The translations under genes were made by a program, and so were the position numbers. Below the pieces are notes generated by a model. It saw only the letters and a list, made by a program, of their open reading frames with translations. It had not been told where the DNA came from and did no database searches. This document shows, piece by piece, positions 1 to 9,922 of a DNA stretch of 64,000 bases; the first letter of the stretch is position 1, and each line of letters opens with the position of its first letter. Origin of the DNA: Marvinbryantia sp. (GTDB lineage Bacteria > Bacillota > Clostridia > Lachnospirales > Lachnospiraceae). The stretch covers positions 55,966 to 119,965 of the forward strand of contig JAZLLO010000113.1 of the NCBI GenBank assembly GCA_045598185.1, read 5' to 3'.

Positions 1-141
1 GGCGTTAAGACTAATGCGGAAATGATGCACCTGATTACGTATCATCCGGATTTTATCATGGGAAAATACAACACCGGATTCTGGGAGAAGAACCAGAAGG
101 AACTGGAAAGCTGGTATAAGGAAGGCATGAAAGAAGTATGA
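1..141 (+). CDS. accC: Acetyl-CoA carboxylase biotin carboxylase, C-terminal fragment (partial)
   Basis: Frame 1 reads GVKTNAEMMHLITYHPDFIMGKYNTGFWE..., matching the AccC C-terminal GIKTN...HPDF..G.Y.T.F pattern; its TGA overlaps the accD ATG (ATGA at 138-141). Confidence 0.8.
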   Translation, partial: GVKTNAEMMHLITYHPDFIMGKYNTGFWEKNQKELESWYKEGMKEV

Positions 142-917
142 ATGTAAATGATATTTACATCAGAAAAAGAAAAAGCTGGAACTCATTGCTCCGTTTGAGA
201 CAGCAGAATCAGAAGGAAGAAGTCACAGAATACGATGAAAAGTCACCACAAAGCCGTATTACAGAGATCTGTGATCCGGGAAGCTTTAAGGAATTATTTG
301 CAAATGTGAATGTGAACAATCCGCTTCAGTTTCCGGATTATGAGGAGAAGCGAAGACGTTATCAGGAAGAATATCAAGAGACAGATGCATTCCTGGCGGG
401 AACAGCACTGATCAAGCAGAGAAAAGCGGCAATCGGATTCCTGGATGGACGCTTTTTGATGGGAAGCATGGGAACTGTGGTAGGAGAGAAGGTAACACTT
501 CTGGCAGAATATGCCCAGAAGAAAAAGCTGCCGCTTATCATCTTCAGTGCCAGCGGCGGTGCAAGAATGCAGGAGGGAATGTTCTCCTTGATGCAGATGG
601 CAAAGACCTCTGCAGCGATACAGAAGTACAAGAATAGTGGCGGACTCTTCGTATCCTGCCTGACACACCCGACGACAGGAGGCGTCAGCGCAAGTTTTGC
701 CAGTCTTGGAGATATCATTCTGGCAGAACCGGAAGCGCTGATCTGTTTTGCCGGACCACGAGTAATAGAGCAGACCATCGGACAGACACTTCCGGAAGGG
801 TTTCAGAGGTCGGAATTCTTGCTGGAACACGGTATGATTGACCGAATCGTGGAACGAAAGAAATGGAGACAGGTATTAAATCATATCCTGGGTCTGCATG
901 GATATGAAAGAGGATAA
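138..917 (+). CDS. accD: Acetyl-CoA carboxylase carboxyltransferase beta subunit
   Basis: MGSMGTVVGEK, SGGARMQEG, PTTGGVSASFA, FAGPRVIEQT motifs. Confidence 0.95.
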   Translation: MNVNDIYIRKRKSWNSLLRLRQQNQKEEVTEYDEKSPQSRITEICDPGSFKELFANVNVNNPLQFPDYEEKRRRYQEEYQETDAFLAGTALIKQRKAAIGFLDGRFLMGSMGTVVGEKVTLLAEYAQKKKLPLIIFSASGGARMQEGMFSLMQMAKTSAAIQKYKNSGGLFVSCLTHPTTGGVSASFASLGDIILAEPEALICFAGPRVIEQTIGQTLPEGFQRSEFLLEHGMIDRIVERKKWRQVLNHILGLHGYERG

Positions 918-925
918 AAGAAATT

Positions 926-1783
926 ATGGAAAGATCGGCTTACGAGAAAGTCTTACAGGCAAGAAGTAAGGAAAGACCTGGCATAAAAGAATATATTAAT
1001 ACATTATTTGATGGATTTATGGAGATGCATGGAGACAGGTTATACCGCGATGATTCAGCAGTTATCGGTGGAATCGCAATGTTTCACGGGATGCCGGTGA
1101 CCGTGATCGGCCATAAAAAAGGAAAGACAACACAGGAACAGATCCGCTGCAACTTCGGTATGGCTTCTCCGGAAGGCTTCCGAAAGGCAAAAAGACTTAT
1201 GGAGCAGGCGGAAAAGTTTCATAGACCTGTAATTACATTTATCGACACTCCCGGTGCATATCCTGGAATGGAGGCAGAAAGCAATGGACAGAGCAATGCC
1301 ATCGCAGAAAGTCTGGCCTATATGAGTGCTATGAAGACCCCTTCTATTGCAATTATAACAGGAGAAGGAAGCAGTGGCGGCGCACTGGCGCTGGCGGTAT
1401 CGGATGAGGTATGGATGCTGGAAAATGCGGTTTATTCCATCCTTTCCCCGGAGGGATTCGCAAGCATTCTCTGGAAGGATGTAAAAAGAGCGGCCGAGGC
1501 CAGTGAAATTATGAAGATAACAGCACAGGATCTGAAGGGATACGGACTGATCGATGAGATCGTGCCGGAGGATAAGAACTTCTGGATCACCCTGGATCAG
1601 ATGCTGGAAAAAGAATTAAAGGAATTGATGAAAATAAGTCCTGCAAGTCTTGTAAAAAGGCGATATGCGAAGTTTCGCAGTATCGATAAGAAGGCAGGAA
1701 TTGGAAATAGAGTAAGAGAGGCAGGTGAAAAGGATGCAGATAACAGCGACAGCCAGAGCACTTCCGGCGAAACGGATCAGTAA
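926..1783 (+). CDS. accA: Acetyl-CoA carboxylase carboxyltransferase alpha subunit
   Basis: HGDR..DD.A.IGG, NFGM..PEGFRKA, FIDTPGAYPG, GEGSSGGALA, YSILSPEG motifs. Confidence 0.95.
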   Translation: MERSAYEKVLQARSKERPGIKEYINTLFDGFMEMHGDRLYRDDSAVIGGIAMFHGMPVTVIGHKKGKTTQEQIRCNFGMASPEGFRKAKRLMEQAEKFHRPVITFIDTPGAYPGMEAESNGQSNAIAESLAYMSAMKTPSIAIITGEGSSGGALALAVSDEVWMLENAVYSILSPEGFASILWKDVKRAAEASEIMKITAQDLKGYGLIDEIVPEDKNFWITLDQMLEKELKELMKISPASLVKRRYAKFRSIDKKAGIGNRVREAGEKDADNSDSQSTSGETDQ

Positions 1784-2666
1784 TGACGACTTATGTAAAC
1801 GAATCGATACCAGCGATGAGTGGATCCGGACAAGAACCGGTATCAGTAATCGTTATTATTGCGAAGAAGAAAGCTGTGCATCCTTAGCCGTAGAAGCAGC
1901 AAGGAAGGTACTGGAAAAGGCACAGATCTCTCCGGAAGAAATCGGAGCAGTTATAGTAGCAACATCCACGGCTGACTATGCATTTCCATCTAATGCATGC
2001 ATCGTGCAGAGCGAATGTCATCTGCCGGAGAACATCTACGCATTTGATGTGAATGCAGCTTGTTCCGGATTCCTAATGGGGCTTGCGGTTTCAAATGGGC
2101 TTCTCCCGGCAATGCCTGGAAAGTATATCCTTCTGATTGGAAGTGAACAGTTATCAAGAATTATGGATCACGATGATCGTTCCACCTGTATTCTCTTTGG
2201 AGATGGTGCAGGAGCGGCACTGATAAAGGCAGGAGGCGGCAGATTTATCCAGAAGGCATGGGCAAGAGGAGATATCGATGTACTGAATTGTCCAGGAGCG
2301 GGATATAACGATGCCCATCTGGTGATGAAAGGGAATGAGGTATTCCGCTTTGCAGTAACTGCACTCTCACAGGCGATAAATGAAGTATTAAAAGAAGCGG
2401 AGCTTACAATGGATGAGATTGACCTGATCGTATGTCATCAGGCCAATGAAAGAATCATTCGCCATGTGCAGAAGCAATTCCCTGGTAATGAGAAGAAATT
2501 CTATATCAATATCGGAGAATACGGGAATACCTCAGCAGGAAGTATCCCGATCGCACTGGATGAATGTATGGAAAAAGGTATTCTTGAAAAATGCAGACGA
2601 GTTCTGTTGGTAGGGTTCGGAGCCGGATTAACCTGGAGCGGAGCTCTTTTGGAGGAAATGGTATGA
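1725..2666 (+). CDS. fabH: 3-oxoacyl-ACP synthase III
   Basis: DTSDEWIRTRTGI, AACSGF (Cys), HQANERI (His), YGNTSAGS (Asn); GTG start overlapping the accA tail. Confidence 0.95.
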   Translation: MKRMQITATARALPAKRISNDDLCKRIDTSDEWIRTRTGISNRYYCEEESCASLAVEAARKVLEKAQISPEEIGAVIVATSTADYAFPSNACIVQSECHLPENIYAFDVNAACSGFLMGLAVSNGLLPAMPGKYILLIGSEQLSRIMDHDDRSTCILFGDGAGAALIKAGGGRFIQKAWARGDIDVLNCPGAGYNDAHLVMKGNEVFRFAVTALSQAINEVLKEAELTMDEIDLIVCHQANERIIRHVQKQFPGNEKKFYINIGEYGNTSAGSIPIALDECMEKGILEKCRRVLLVGFGAGLTWSGALLEEMV

Positions 2667-3586
2667 GATTAAATGAGATATTGAATACAAAATACCCTTT
2701 TATACAAGGGGGAATGGCAAATATTGCAACCGGTGAATTTGCAGCAGCAGTCAGTAATGCAGGAGGACTTGGACTAATCGGTGCAGGCGGCATGAATACA
2801 GAGATGTTAAGAGATCATATCCGCACCTGCAAAAGCCTGACAGATAAGCCATTTGGCGTGAACCTGATGCTGATGAATCCGGATGCACCGAAAATGGCAG
2901 AGATGATCGTGGAAGAAGGTGTTAAGATCGTTACCACAGGTGCAGGAAATCCTGGGCAGTTTATCCCAATGTGGAAGGAAAACGGCATGAAGGTTATCCC
3001 AGTGGTATCGAGTGTACTTCTTGCACAGCGCATGGAAAAGCTTGGCGTAGATGCTGTTATCGCAGAAGGAACAGAAAGCGGCGGTCATGTAGGAGAGATG
3101 ACAACGATGGCACTGGTGCCACAGGTAGTGGATGGCGTATCTATCCCTGTCATCGCGGCAGGCGGAATCGCAGATGGAAGACAGCTGGCTGCAGCATTCG
3201 CGCTTGGTGCAGTAGGTGTTCAGCTTGGAACCTGCCTGCTTGCGTCAGAAGAATGCCCGATCCATGAGAATTATAAGGCTGCAGTTTTAAAAGCAAAGGA
3301 TAACGATACTATCGTGACCGGCCGTATCGCCGGAACTCCTGTACGAATCCTGAAAAATGCGATGGCAAGGGAATACGTAAAGCAGGAGAAAGCCGGAGCA
3401 GATAAGATGGAGCTTGAGAAGTTTACATTAGGATCCCTTCGAAGAGCAGTATTTGAAGGAGATACCAAGACAGGTTCTCTTATGGCAGGTCAGGTATGCG
3501 GACAGGTGAATGAGATTCGTCCAATCCGTGAGATATTCGAAGATATGTATGAAGGAGCAAAAAAGGTAGTTCAGGAGTTAAGTTAA
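2663..3586 (+). CDS. fabK: Enoyl-ACP reductase II (FMN)
   Basis: PFIQGGMA, EGTESGGHVG, PVIAAGGIADG, GSLMAGQ motifs; start placed at ATG 2663 after GGAGG. Confidence 0.9.
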   Translation: MRLNEILNTKYPFIQGGMANIATGEFAAAVSNAGGLGLIGAGGMNTEMLRDHIRTCKSLTDKPFGVNLMLMNPDAPKMAEMIVEEGVKIVTTGAGNPGQFIPMWKENGMKVIPVVSSVLLAQRMEKLGVDAVIAEGTESGGHVGEMTTMALVPQVVDGVSIPVIAAGGIADGRQLAAAFALGAVGVQLGTCLLASEECPIHENYKAAVLKAKDNDTIVTGRIAGTPVRILKNAMAREYVKQEKAGADKMELEKFTLGSLRRAVFEGDTKTGSLMAGQVCGQVNEIRPIREIFEDMYEGAKKVVQELS

Positions 3587-3588
3587 GC

Positions 3589-4629
3589 ATGATTATTGGG
3601 ACAAAAGAGATTGAATTTCCTTTGATTCAGGGAGGCATGGGCGTTGGTATTTCCCTTGGTAATCTGGCAGGACATGTAGCCAGATGCGGTGGAATCGGTG
3701 TGATCAGTTCGGTAAACGCAGGCTATACCGAGCCTGATTTTGAACAGAATACAAAAGAAGCGAATCTTCGTGTTTTAAAAAGAGAGATACAAAAAGCGAA
3801 GGAGATTGCAGGTGGAAGAGGTCTTGTAGGCGTTAACATCATGACTGCGGTAACGAATTATGAGGATACTTGCAGATGTGCGGCTCAGGCAGGAGCAGAT
3901 GTGATTATATCAGGTGCGGGTCTTCCGCTGAATCTTCCAGAATATCTGGAAGGAACCGATACCCTTTGCGCACCAGTCGTATCTAGTGGACGTGCAGCAA
4001 GAATTATCCTGAAGCAGTATGAAAGGCGCTATCAGAGAAAGCCGGACTTTTTTGTACTGGAAGGTTATATGGCAGGCGGTCATCTTGGATTCTCAAAGGA
4101 TGAATTGCTTGAAGATACCTGTAAAGATAATATGACGATCCTTCAGGAAGTAAAAGAAGTGGCAGGAGATATACCGGTCTTTGTGGCTGGAGGAGTATTT
4201 ACCGGAAAAGATATGGCTGAATTTGTGAAAGCCGGTGCCGCAGGCGTTCAGATCGGAACCAGATTCATAGCAACAGAAGAGTGCGACGCAGATGAAAGTT
4301 TTAAGCAGGTTATTGTAAATGCTAAAAAAGAGGATATTCAGATCGTGGTCAGTCCCGTTGGAATGCCGGCAAGAGCTGTGAACAGTCCGATGCTTGAGAG
4401 ATTAAAGCAGGGGGAACGTTTTGGAGCGCTTCGCTGTAATAACTGTCTTACAGCATGTAAGAAAAAGGATGCACCGTACTGTATCAGCCGTGCGCTGATC
4501 GCAGCGGTAAAGGGAAACTGGGAAGATGGACTTTTCTTTACCGGAGCGAATGCTTACAGAATTGACAGGATCATGAAGGTTGAGGAACTGATCCGGGAGA
4601 TCAGAGAGGAATATGAGGAGGCTTTTTAA
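3589..4629 (+). CDS. Nitronate-monooxygenase-family flavoprotein with C-terminal Cys cluster; FabX-like acyl-ACP dehydrogenase/isomerase
   Basis: QGGMGVGIS, SGAGLP, EG..AGGHLG and CNNCLTAC...YCI motifs resemble Helicobacter FabX; lies inside the fab operon. Confidence 0.75.
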   Translation: MIIGTKEIEFPLIQGGMGVGISLGNLAGHVARCGGIGVISSVNAGYTEPDFEQNTKEANLRVLKREIQKAKEIAGGRGLVGVNIMTAVTNYEDTCRCAAQAGADVIISGAGLPLNLPEYLEGTDTLCAPVVSSGRAARIILKQYERRYQRKPDFFVLEGYMAGGHLGFSKDELLEDTCKDNMTILQEVKEVAGDIPVFVAGGVFTGKDMAEFVKAGAAGVQIGTRFIATEECDADESFKQVIVNAKKEDIQIVVSPVGMPARAVNSPMLERLKQGERFGALRCNNCLTACKKKDAPYCISRALIAAVKGNWEDGLFFTGANAYRIDRIMKVEELIREIREEYEEAF

Positions 4630-5550
4630 GTGAAAAAAGTACTTTTATACGCAGGACAGGGAAGCCAGAGAGTAGGAATGGGAAAGGATTTCTATGACGA
4701 ATATCCTTCTTACCGTGCTTTTGTAGATGGGTTGGATCTTAAGATAGATGTGAAAAAGTGGATGCATGAAGGTCCGATGGAAGAATTATCAAAGACAGAG
4801 AATACACAGGTATGCATGGGTGTTTTTGCAGCAGGTGTTACAAATCTCTTGAAGGAGCAGGGAATAGAGGCAGAAGCTGCTTGTGGACTTAGTCTTGGAG
4901 AATACGGTGCATTGTATGCAGCAGGTGCATTTACAGAAAAAGAGTATCTGGAATTACTTCAGTATCGTGGAAAAGTCATGATGGAAGCTGCAAAGGGGAC
5001 TCATACCAGCATGAGTGCGATCCTTGGAATGGACAGTGCGAAGATCACACAGATCTGTACCGAGCTTGATAATGTAGCTGTTGCCAACTATAACTGTCCA
5101 GGACAGACTGTTATCTGCGGTGAGGAGCAGGCGGTGGCTCTCGCAGAAGAAAAACTGAAAGAAGCCGGTGGGAAAAAGTGTGTACGCCTGAATGTAAGCG
5201 GGCCTTTCCACACCTCTTATATGAAGCCGGCTGGAGATGCCCTAAAAGAATATTTTAAACAGATTGAATTCAAAAAAACTTCTATCCCGGTTGCGATGAA
5301 TGTTACCGGAGACTTTTTAAAAGATGAGGATATCAAGGAACTTCTGGTACGTCAGGTACAGAGCAGTGTTTATCTGGAACAGGATCTTTCAAAGCTCCTG
5401 GATGCAGGTTATACAGAGTTCATAGAGATCGGACCGGGTAATACTATGGCAGGATTTTTGAAGAAAACAGCGAAGGCGAAGGGAATCAAGGTAACAGTAT
5501 CAAGTATTGATACTGTAGCAGATTTCAGAAAGGTAGTTGGAAATGAGTGA
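4630..5550 (+). CDS. fabD: Malonyl-CoA:ACP transacylase
   Basis: GQGSQ, GLSLGEY (catalytic Ser), ANYNCPGQ, VSGPFH motifs. Confidence 0.95.
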   Translation: MKKVLLYAGQGSQRVGMGKDFYDEYPSYRAFVDGLDLKIDVKKWMHEGPMEELSKTENTQVCMGVFAAGVTNLLKEQGIEAEAACGLSLGEYGALYAAGAFTEKEYLELLQYRGKVMMEAAKGTHTSMSAILGMDSAKITQICTELDNVAVANYNCPGQTVICGEEQAVALAEEKLKEAGGKKCVRLNVSGPFHTSYMKPAGDALKEYFKQIEFKKTSIPVAMNVTGDFLKDEDIKELLVRQVQSSVYLEQDLSKLLDAGYTEFIEIGPGNTMAGFLKKTAKAKGIKVTVSSIDTVADFRKVVGNE

Positions 5551-6286
5551 TAGAAAAACAGCCCTTGTAACTGGGGGAAGCCGCGGAATCGGAAGAGCGA
5601 TCTGCGTTAAGCTTGCAGAAGATGGAATGAATATTGTATTCAATTATCAGTCTGGAGTGGAATCGGCAGAAGAAACCAAAAGACTCTGCGAAGAAAAGGG
5701 TGCTTCTGTTCTTATGGTTCAGGCCAATGTGGCAGATTCGGCAGATTGTGACAAGCTCATTGCAGCAGCCGCAGAATTTGGAAACGGAAAGATCGATGTC
5801 CTGGTGAATAATGCAGGAATTACGAGAGATGGTCTTGCAGGCAGAATGTCAGATGAAGACTTTGATGCGGTTATCGATGTGAATCTGAAGGGAACCTTTT
5901 ATATGATGCGTGGAGTATCAAGATTGATGCTTCGTGCTAAGGCAGGACATATCATTAATATGAGTTCTGTAGTAGGGATCCTTGGCAATGCCGGACAGAT
6001 CAATTATTCCGCAAGTAAAGCCGGAGTGATTGGTATGACAAAGTCCATGGCAAGAGAATTAGCTTCCAGAAAGATTACAGTGAATGCGGTAGCACCTGGA
6101 TTTATTGATACAGATATGACAGAAAAGATGCCGGAAAAGGCAAAGGAAGCAACACTTGCGCAGATTCCATTTCGTAGCATGGGTAAGCCGGAAGATGTTG
6201 CTAACGCAGTTGCATTTCTTGCAGGAGACAATAGCAGCTATATTACCGGTCAGGTTATTTGTGTAGATGGAGGAATGGCGATATGA
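5543..6286 (+). CDS. fabG: 3-oxoacyl-ACP reductase
   Basis: TGGSRGIG, NNAGITRD, YSASK SDR motifs; operon context. Confidence 0.95.
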   Translation: MSDRKTALVTGGSRGIGRAICVKLAEDGMNIVFNYQSGVESAEETKRLCEEKGASVLMVQANVADSADCDKLIAAAAEFGNGKIDVLVNNAGITRDGLAGRMSDEDFDAVIDVNLKGTFYMMRGVSRLMLRAKAGHIINMSSVVGILGNAGQINYSASKAGVIGMTKSMARELASRKITVNAVAPGFIDTDMTEKMPEKAKEATLAQIPFRSMGKPEDVANAVAFLAGDNSSYITGQVICVDGGMAI

Positions 6287-7512
6287 GAAGAGTAGTTGTA
6301 ACAGGACTTGGAGCTGTCACTCCAATTGGAAATACAGTGAGTGAGACATGGGAGAATGCGAAAAATGGTGTATGCGGAATCGCTCCTATCACACATTATG
6401 ATACCAGTAATTCGAAGGTAAAGCTGGCAGCAGAAGTCAAGGACTTCCATCCGGAGCTTTACGTTGATAAGACAGAAGTAAGAAAGACAGATGCATATGC
6501 ACTCTATGCTATCGCATCTGCAAGTCAGGCATTTGAAGATTCCGGACTTTCTATGGATGAGGAAGACAGCAGCAGATGCGGTGTTATCTATTCCAGTGGA
6601 ATCGGTGGTCTGGGTACGATTGAAAGAGAATGTCTTCGCGGAAAGGAGAAAGGATTTGACCGTGTATCTCCACATTTCATTCCGATGGCGATCTCAAATA
6701 TGGCGGCAGGCCATATCGGTATCCGACTTGGTTTTCATGGGAGCTGTACTTCAGTCGTAACAGCTTGTGCCAGTGGTACCAATGCAATCGGAGATGCTTT
6801 CCGTCAGATTAAGGATGGATACGCAGATGTCATGCTTTGCGGCGGCTCCGAGGCCAGCATTACGGAACTTGGAATCGGTGGATTCACTTCTATGAAGGCA
6901 CTGAGCTTTTCTGAAGATCCAAACCGTGCCTCCATTCCATTTGATGCAGAACGTAACGGATTCGTTATGGGAGAAGGCGGAGGCGCGCTGATCCTGGAAG
7001 AATATGAGCATGCAAAAAAACGTGGTGCAAAGATATACTGTGAGATCACCGGCTATGGCGCAACCTGCGATGCCTACCATGTAACCGCACCAAATCCAGA
7101 AGGGAAGATGGCTGCACTTTGTATGCAAAATGCAATGAAGGAAGCAGGAATCACAACCGTGGATTATGTGAATGCACATGGTACTTCTACTCAGTTAAAT
7201 GATAAGAGTGAGACGAAGGCGATTCATCTTGCATTTGGAGAAGAAGCAAAGAACCTCTGCGTAAGTTCTACAAAGTCTATGACTGGTCACCTTCTTGGAG
7301 CAAGCGGTGCAGTAGAAGCGATTCTTACTGTTCTCTGTGTGCATAATGACGTGGTACTTCCAACTATTAATTATCAGGTGCCGGATGAAGCATGTGACCT
7401 TGATATCGTGCCATGCAAGATGAGAGAACGCGTAGTTAAAGCGGCCATGTCCAACTCCCTTGGATTCGGCGGACACAATGCAAGTATTGTATTTCAGAAA
7501 GTTGAGGAATAA
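6283..7512 (+). CDS. fabF: 3-oxoacyl-ACP synthase II
   Basis: [39 protein letters not shown] motifs. Confidence 0.95.
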   Translation: MRRVVVTGLGAVTPIGNTVSETWENAKNGVCGIAPITHYDTSNSKVKLAAEVKDFHPELYVDKTEVRKTDAYALYAIASASQAFEDSGLSMDEEDSSRCGVIYSSGIGGLGTIERECLRGKEKGFDRVSPHFIPMAISNMAAGHIGIRLGFHGSCTSVVTACASGTNAIGDAFRQIKDGYADVMLCGGSEASITELGIGGFTSMKALSFSEDPNRASIPFDAERNGFVMGEGGGALILEEYEHAKKRGAKIYCEITGYGATCDAYHVTAPNPEGKMAALCMQNAMKEAGITTVDYVNAHGTSTQLNDKSETKAIHLAFGEEAKNLCVSSTKSMTGHLLGASGAVEAILTVLCVHNDVVLPTINYQVPDEACDLDIVPCKMRERVVKAAMSNSLGFGGHNASIVFQKVEE

Positions 7513-7517
7513 TTACA

Positions 7518-7943
7518 ATGGAACTTAATTCGAATCAGATACAGGAGATACTGCCGCATCGATATCCATTTTTACTGGTGGATCGTATCACAGAGTGCGA
7601 GCCGGGCGTAAGCGCAAAAGGAAGAAAGTGCGTAACAGCAAATGAAATGCAGTTCCTGGGACATTTTCCGCAAAAGCATGTAATGCCAGGTGTACTTATT
7701 ATAGAAGCCCTTGCTCAGACAGGTGCAGTTGCGATCCTTTCTGAGGAAGCCAACAAAGGCAAGATCGTACTCTTTGGCGGCATCAAGAACGCAAAGTTTA
7801 AACGCCAGGTCATCCCGGGAGATGTACTGGAATTATCCTGCGAGATCATCGCAAAGAAAGGTCCGGTAGGCATTGGGAAAGCCAACGCCTACGTAGACGG
7901 ACAACTCGCAGTAACTGCAGAATTAACCTTTGCCGTAGAGTAA
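7518..7943 (+). CDS. fabZ: 3-hydroxyacyl-ACP dehydratase
   Basis: [15 protein letters not shown]...[12 protein letters not shown] motifs. Confidence 0.95.
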   Translation: MELNSNQIQEILPHRYPFLLVDRITECEPGVSAKGRKCVTANEMQFLGHFPQKHVMPGVLIIEALAQTGAVAILSEEANKGKIVLFGGIKNAKFKRQVIPGDVLELSCEIIAKKGPVGIGKANAYVDGQLAVTAELTFAVE

Positions 7944-7949
7944 ACGATG

Positions 7950-7980
7950 CGTCAGAATGGTGCTTGGCACCATTCTGACG
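7950..7980. terminator. Perfect 14-bp inverted repeat between convergent genes
   Basis: CGTCAGAATGGTGC-TTG-GCACCATTCTGACG; no U-tract. Confidence 0.6.
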
Positions 7981-8829
7981 TCATTCTATCGACTGTGGAT
8001 CGGATATCGTATATCGGAATCGTAGATCCATCTTCCGGTGGAGCTGATAAGTCATATCTCTGACACGTTTTTCCTGGAATTTCACTTCTTCTTCCGATAA
8101 GTTTTCCTCTCTGCATGGTACGAGAAAGACCACATGATTGGACAGAATCGGACCGATGATAGCAGATGGAAAGAATGCCTTGACAATGACACGGAAGTAG
8201 GAGACGGACTTTGACAGAAGCATCATGGATCCGATAGGATTACACATGGTTCCGTGCTCTGTGATCTGTCCGTATTTCAGGTCGCATACCCAGGCATAGT
8301 TGTACTTGATGCCGAGGAATTGCCGGTATAAGGATACCTGGCTGCCCTGAGGATCCGGCAAAAGAAGTTCACTTATCATGGCGTTTTCGAGTAAAGGAAC
8401 TGCTTCTTCTAACTGCTGTTTATTGAAATTTTCAAGTTCTGTTCGCTTTTGCTGGGTTGTAATATAGGCAAAGCATTTCTTCAGAAGATCACGAATGACC
8501 TCTGCGTGAAATGGCTTGGTGAGATAACCGTAGACACCAAGATTTCTTCCTTCCCGTTCAAAGCTAAAGTTCTTATTATAAGAAACGATAATGAACTGAC
8601 AGTCGCGGTTCATGGCATGCAGTTCACGAAGTGTAGGAATACCATGGACCCCTGTCATGTGAATATTCAGAAATACAATGTCCGGCTGAAATTTTGAAAA
8701 GACATCCATAAGGCGCCGGGCATTCAAGGCTAAGCGAATATCACAGTTTTTACTGTAATTCGCATCGATCATATTACGGAGTGCTTTAATAGCAATCCCT
8801 TCTTCGTCTGCAAGTAAGATTTTATACAT
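7981..8829 (-). CDS. Atypical response regulator: pseudo-receiver plus central domain, no DNA-binding domain
   Basis: Collinear with the first ~280 aa of 9923..11518; DIVFLNIHM in place of DIIMMDIQM; ends before the AraC HTH. Confidence 0.8.
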   Translation of the reverse strand: MYKILLADEEGIAIKALRNMIDANYSKNCDIRLALNARRLMDVFSKFQPDIVFLNIHMTGVHGIPTLRELHAMNRDCQFIIVSYNKNFSFEREGRNLGVYGYLTKPFHAEVIRDLLKKCFAYITTQQKRTELENFNKQQLEEAVPLLENAMISELLLPDPQGSQVSLYRQFLGIKYNYAWVCDLKYGQITEHGTMCNPIGSMMLLSKSVSYFRVIVKAFFPSAIIGPILSNHVVFLVPCREENLSEEEVKFQEKRVRDMTYQLHRKMDLRFRYTISDPQSIE

Positions 8830-8850
8830 ACTGCTTAAGGCCTTTCTTCG

Positions 8851-9900
8851 TTAATGTTCTTCTACATTAAGATAAACTTCATTCTTCATATGGAAGCGGG
8901 AAGCGATGACTTCCTCATCCATATTCTCTTTCGTAACAGCAATCGGAGTAAGCTTTAAAAATGGAACCTCCACGCTGCCATCAAAAAATGTTTCCTCGGT
9001 CTGGACCACGCCTTCATCAGCAAGAAGAACTGCATACTGTGCAGTCTGTCTTGCCAGCTGATCAATCGATTTATAAACGGTCATGTACTGTGTGCCCTCG
9101 ACGATACGCTGGCAGGCATCGATATCAGCATCCTGTCCAACAAGACACACATCACCGGCAAGACGCCGCTCTGACAAAGACTTAAAAGCCATCGCAGCAA
9201 GTCCGTCATTTCCACAGATTACTGCATCGACAGGTCCTATACTATCCAGACACTCTGACATATATTCATAGGCATATTCTGCCTTCCAGTTATCAGCATA
9301 ATTTTCATATACAAGCTTGGTATCTGTATTCTCAAGTACCTTCTTAATTCCCTTTTCAGCCATAACAACATTGTAATCATAAGGAGAACCATAGATAGCG
9401 GCAATGGTTCCATCTTCCGGAATCTGGGAAAGAACAGCCTGAGCCATCAGGGCGCCGACCTCCTCATTATCAAAGGAAACATAGAGATCTACATCCGCAT
9501 TCTGGATGATACGGTCATAGGCAATGACACGGATCCCCTTGCTTTTGGCACGCTTTACCGCATCAAGAAGTGCCGGGTCAGATCCATCAACAGCAACGAT
9601 GACAAGCACATCCATCCCCTTATCGATCAGATAATTGATCTGACTGGTCTGTTCTTTCACATCACCATTGGCATTCTGCACATTTACTTCCGCACCAAGT
9701 TCTGTAGCGGTGGAGACAAAGATATCACGATCCCTGAGCCATCTCTCCAGAACAAAGGTGTCAAAGGACATACCAATCTCCAGAGAATCAGAGGCAGGAT
9801 TCGACAACTCGGTCTGGACGACATTTCCCCTCTGGGTACATCCTGTTATGAAAAATGATGAGAGCAGAACCAGTGAAACTGGATAGCAATAACGACGCAT
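8851..9900 (-). CDS. XylF-like sugar-binding lipoprotein
   Basis: Start MRRYCYP after AAGGAG; lipobox-like FFITGC; ERWLRDRDIF, VIAYDRII, VSFDNEEVG, GQDAD motifs. Confidence 0.85.
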   Translation of the reverse strand: MRRYCYPVSLVLLSSFFITGCTQRGNVVQTELSNPASDSLEIGMSFDTFVLERWLRDRDIFVSTATELGAEVNVQNANGDVKEQTSQINYLIDKGMDVLVIVAVDGSDPALLDAVKRAKSKGIRVIAYDRIIQNADVDLYVSFDNEEVGALMAQAVLSQIPEDGTIAAIYGSPYDYNVVMAEKGIKKVLENTDTKLVYENYADNWKAEYAYEYMSECLDSIGPVDAVICGNDGLAAMAFKSLSERRLAGDVCLVGQDADIDACQRIVEGTQYMTVYKSIDQLARQTAQYAVLLADEGVVQTEETFFDGSVEVPFLKLTPIAVTKENMDEEVIASRFHMKNEVYLNVEEH

Positions 9901-9922
9901 ATGATCGATCTCCTTATAAATG

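Noticed and set aside
2591-2662. Long N-terminal extensions in the ORF track (fabK; likewise the 10008, 23152, 28871, 33579, 37741 and 48772 starts)
   Set aside because: Downstream starts have better RBS spacing and match family N-termini
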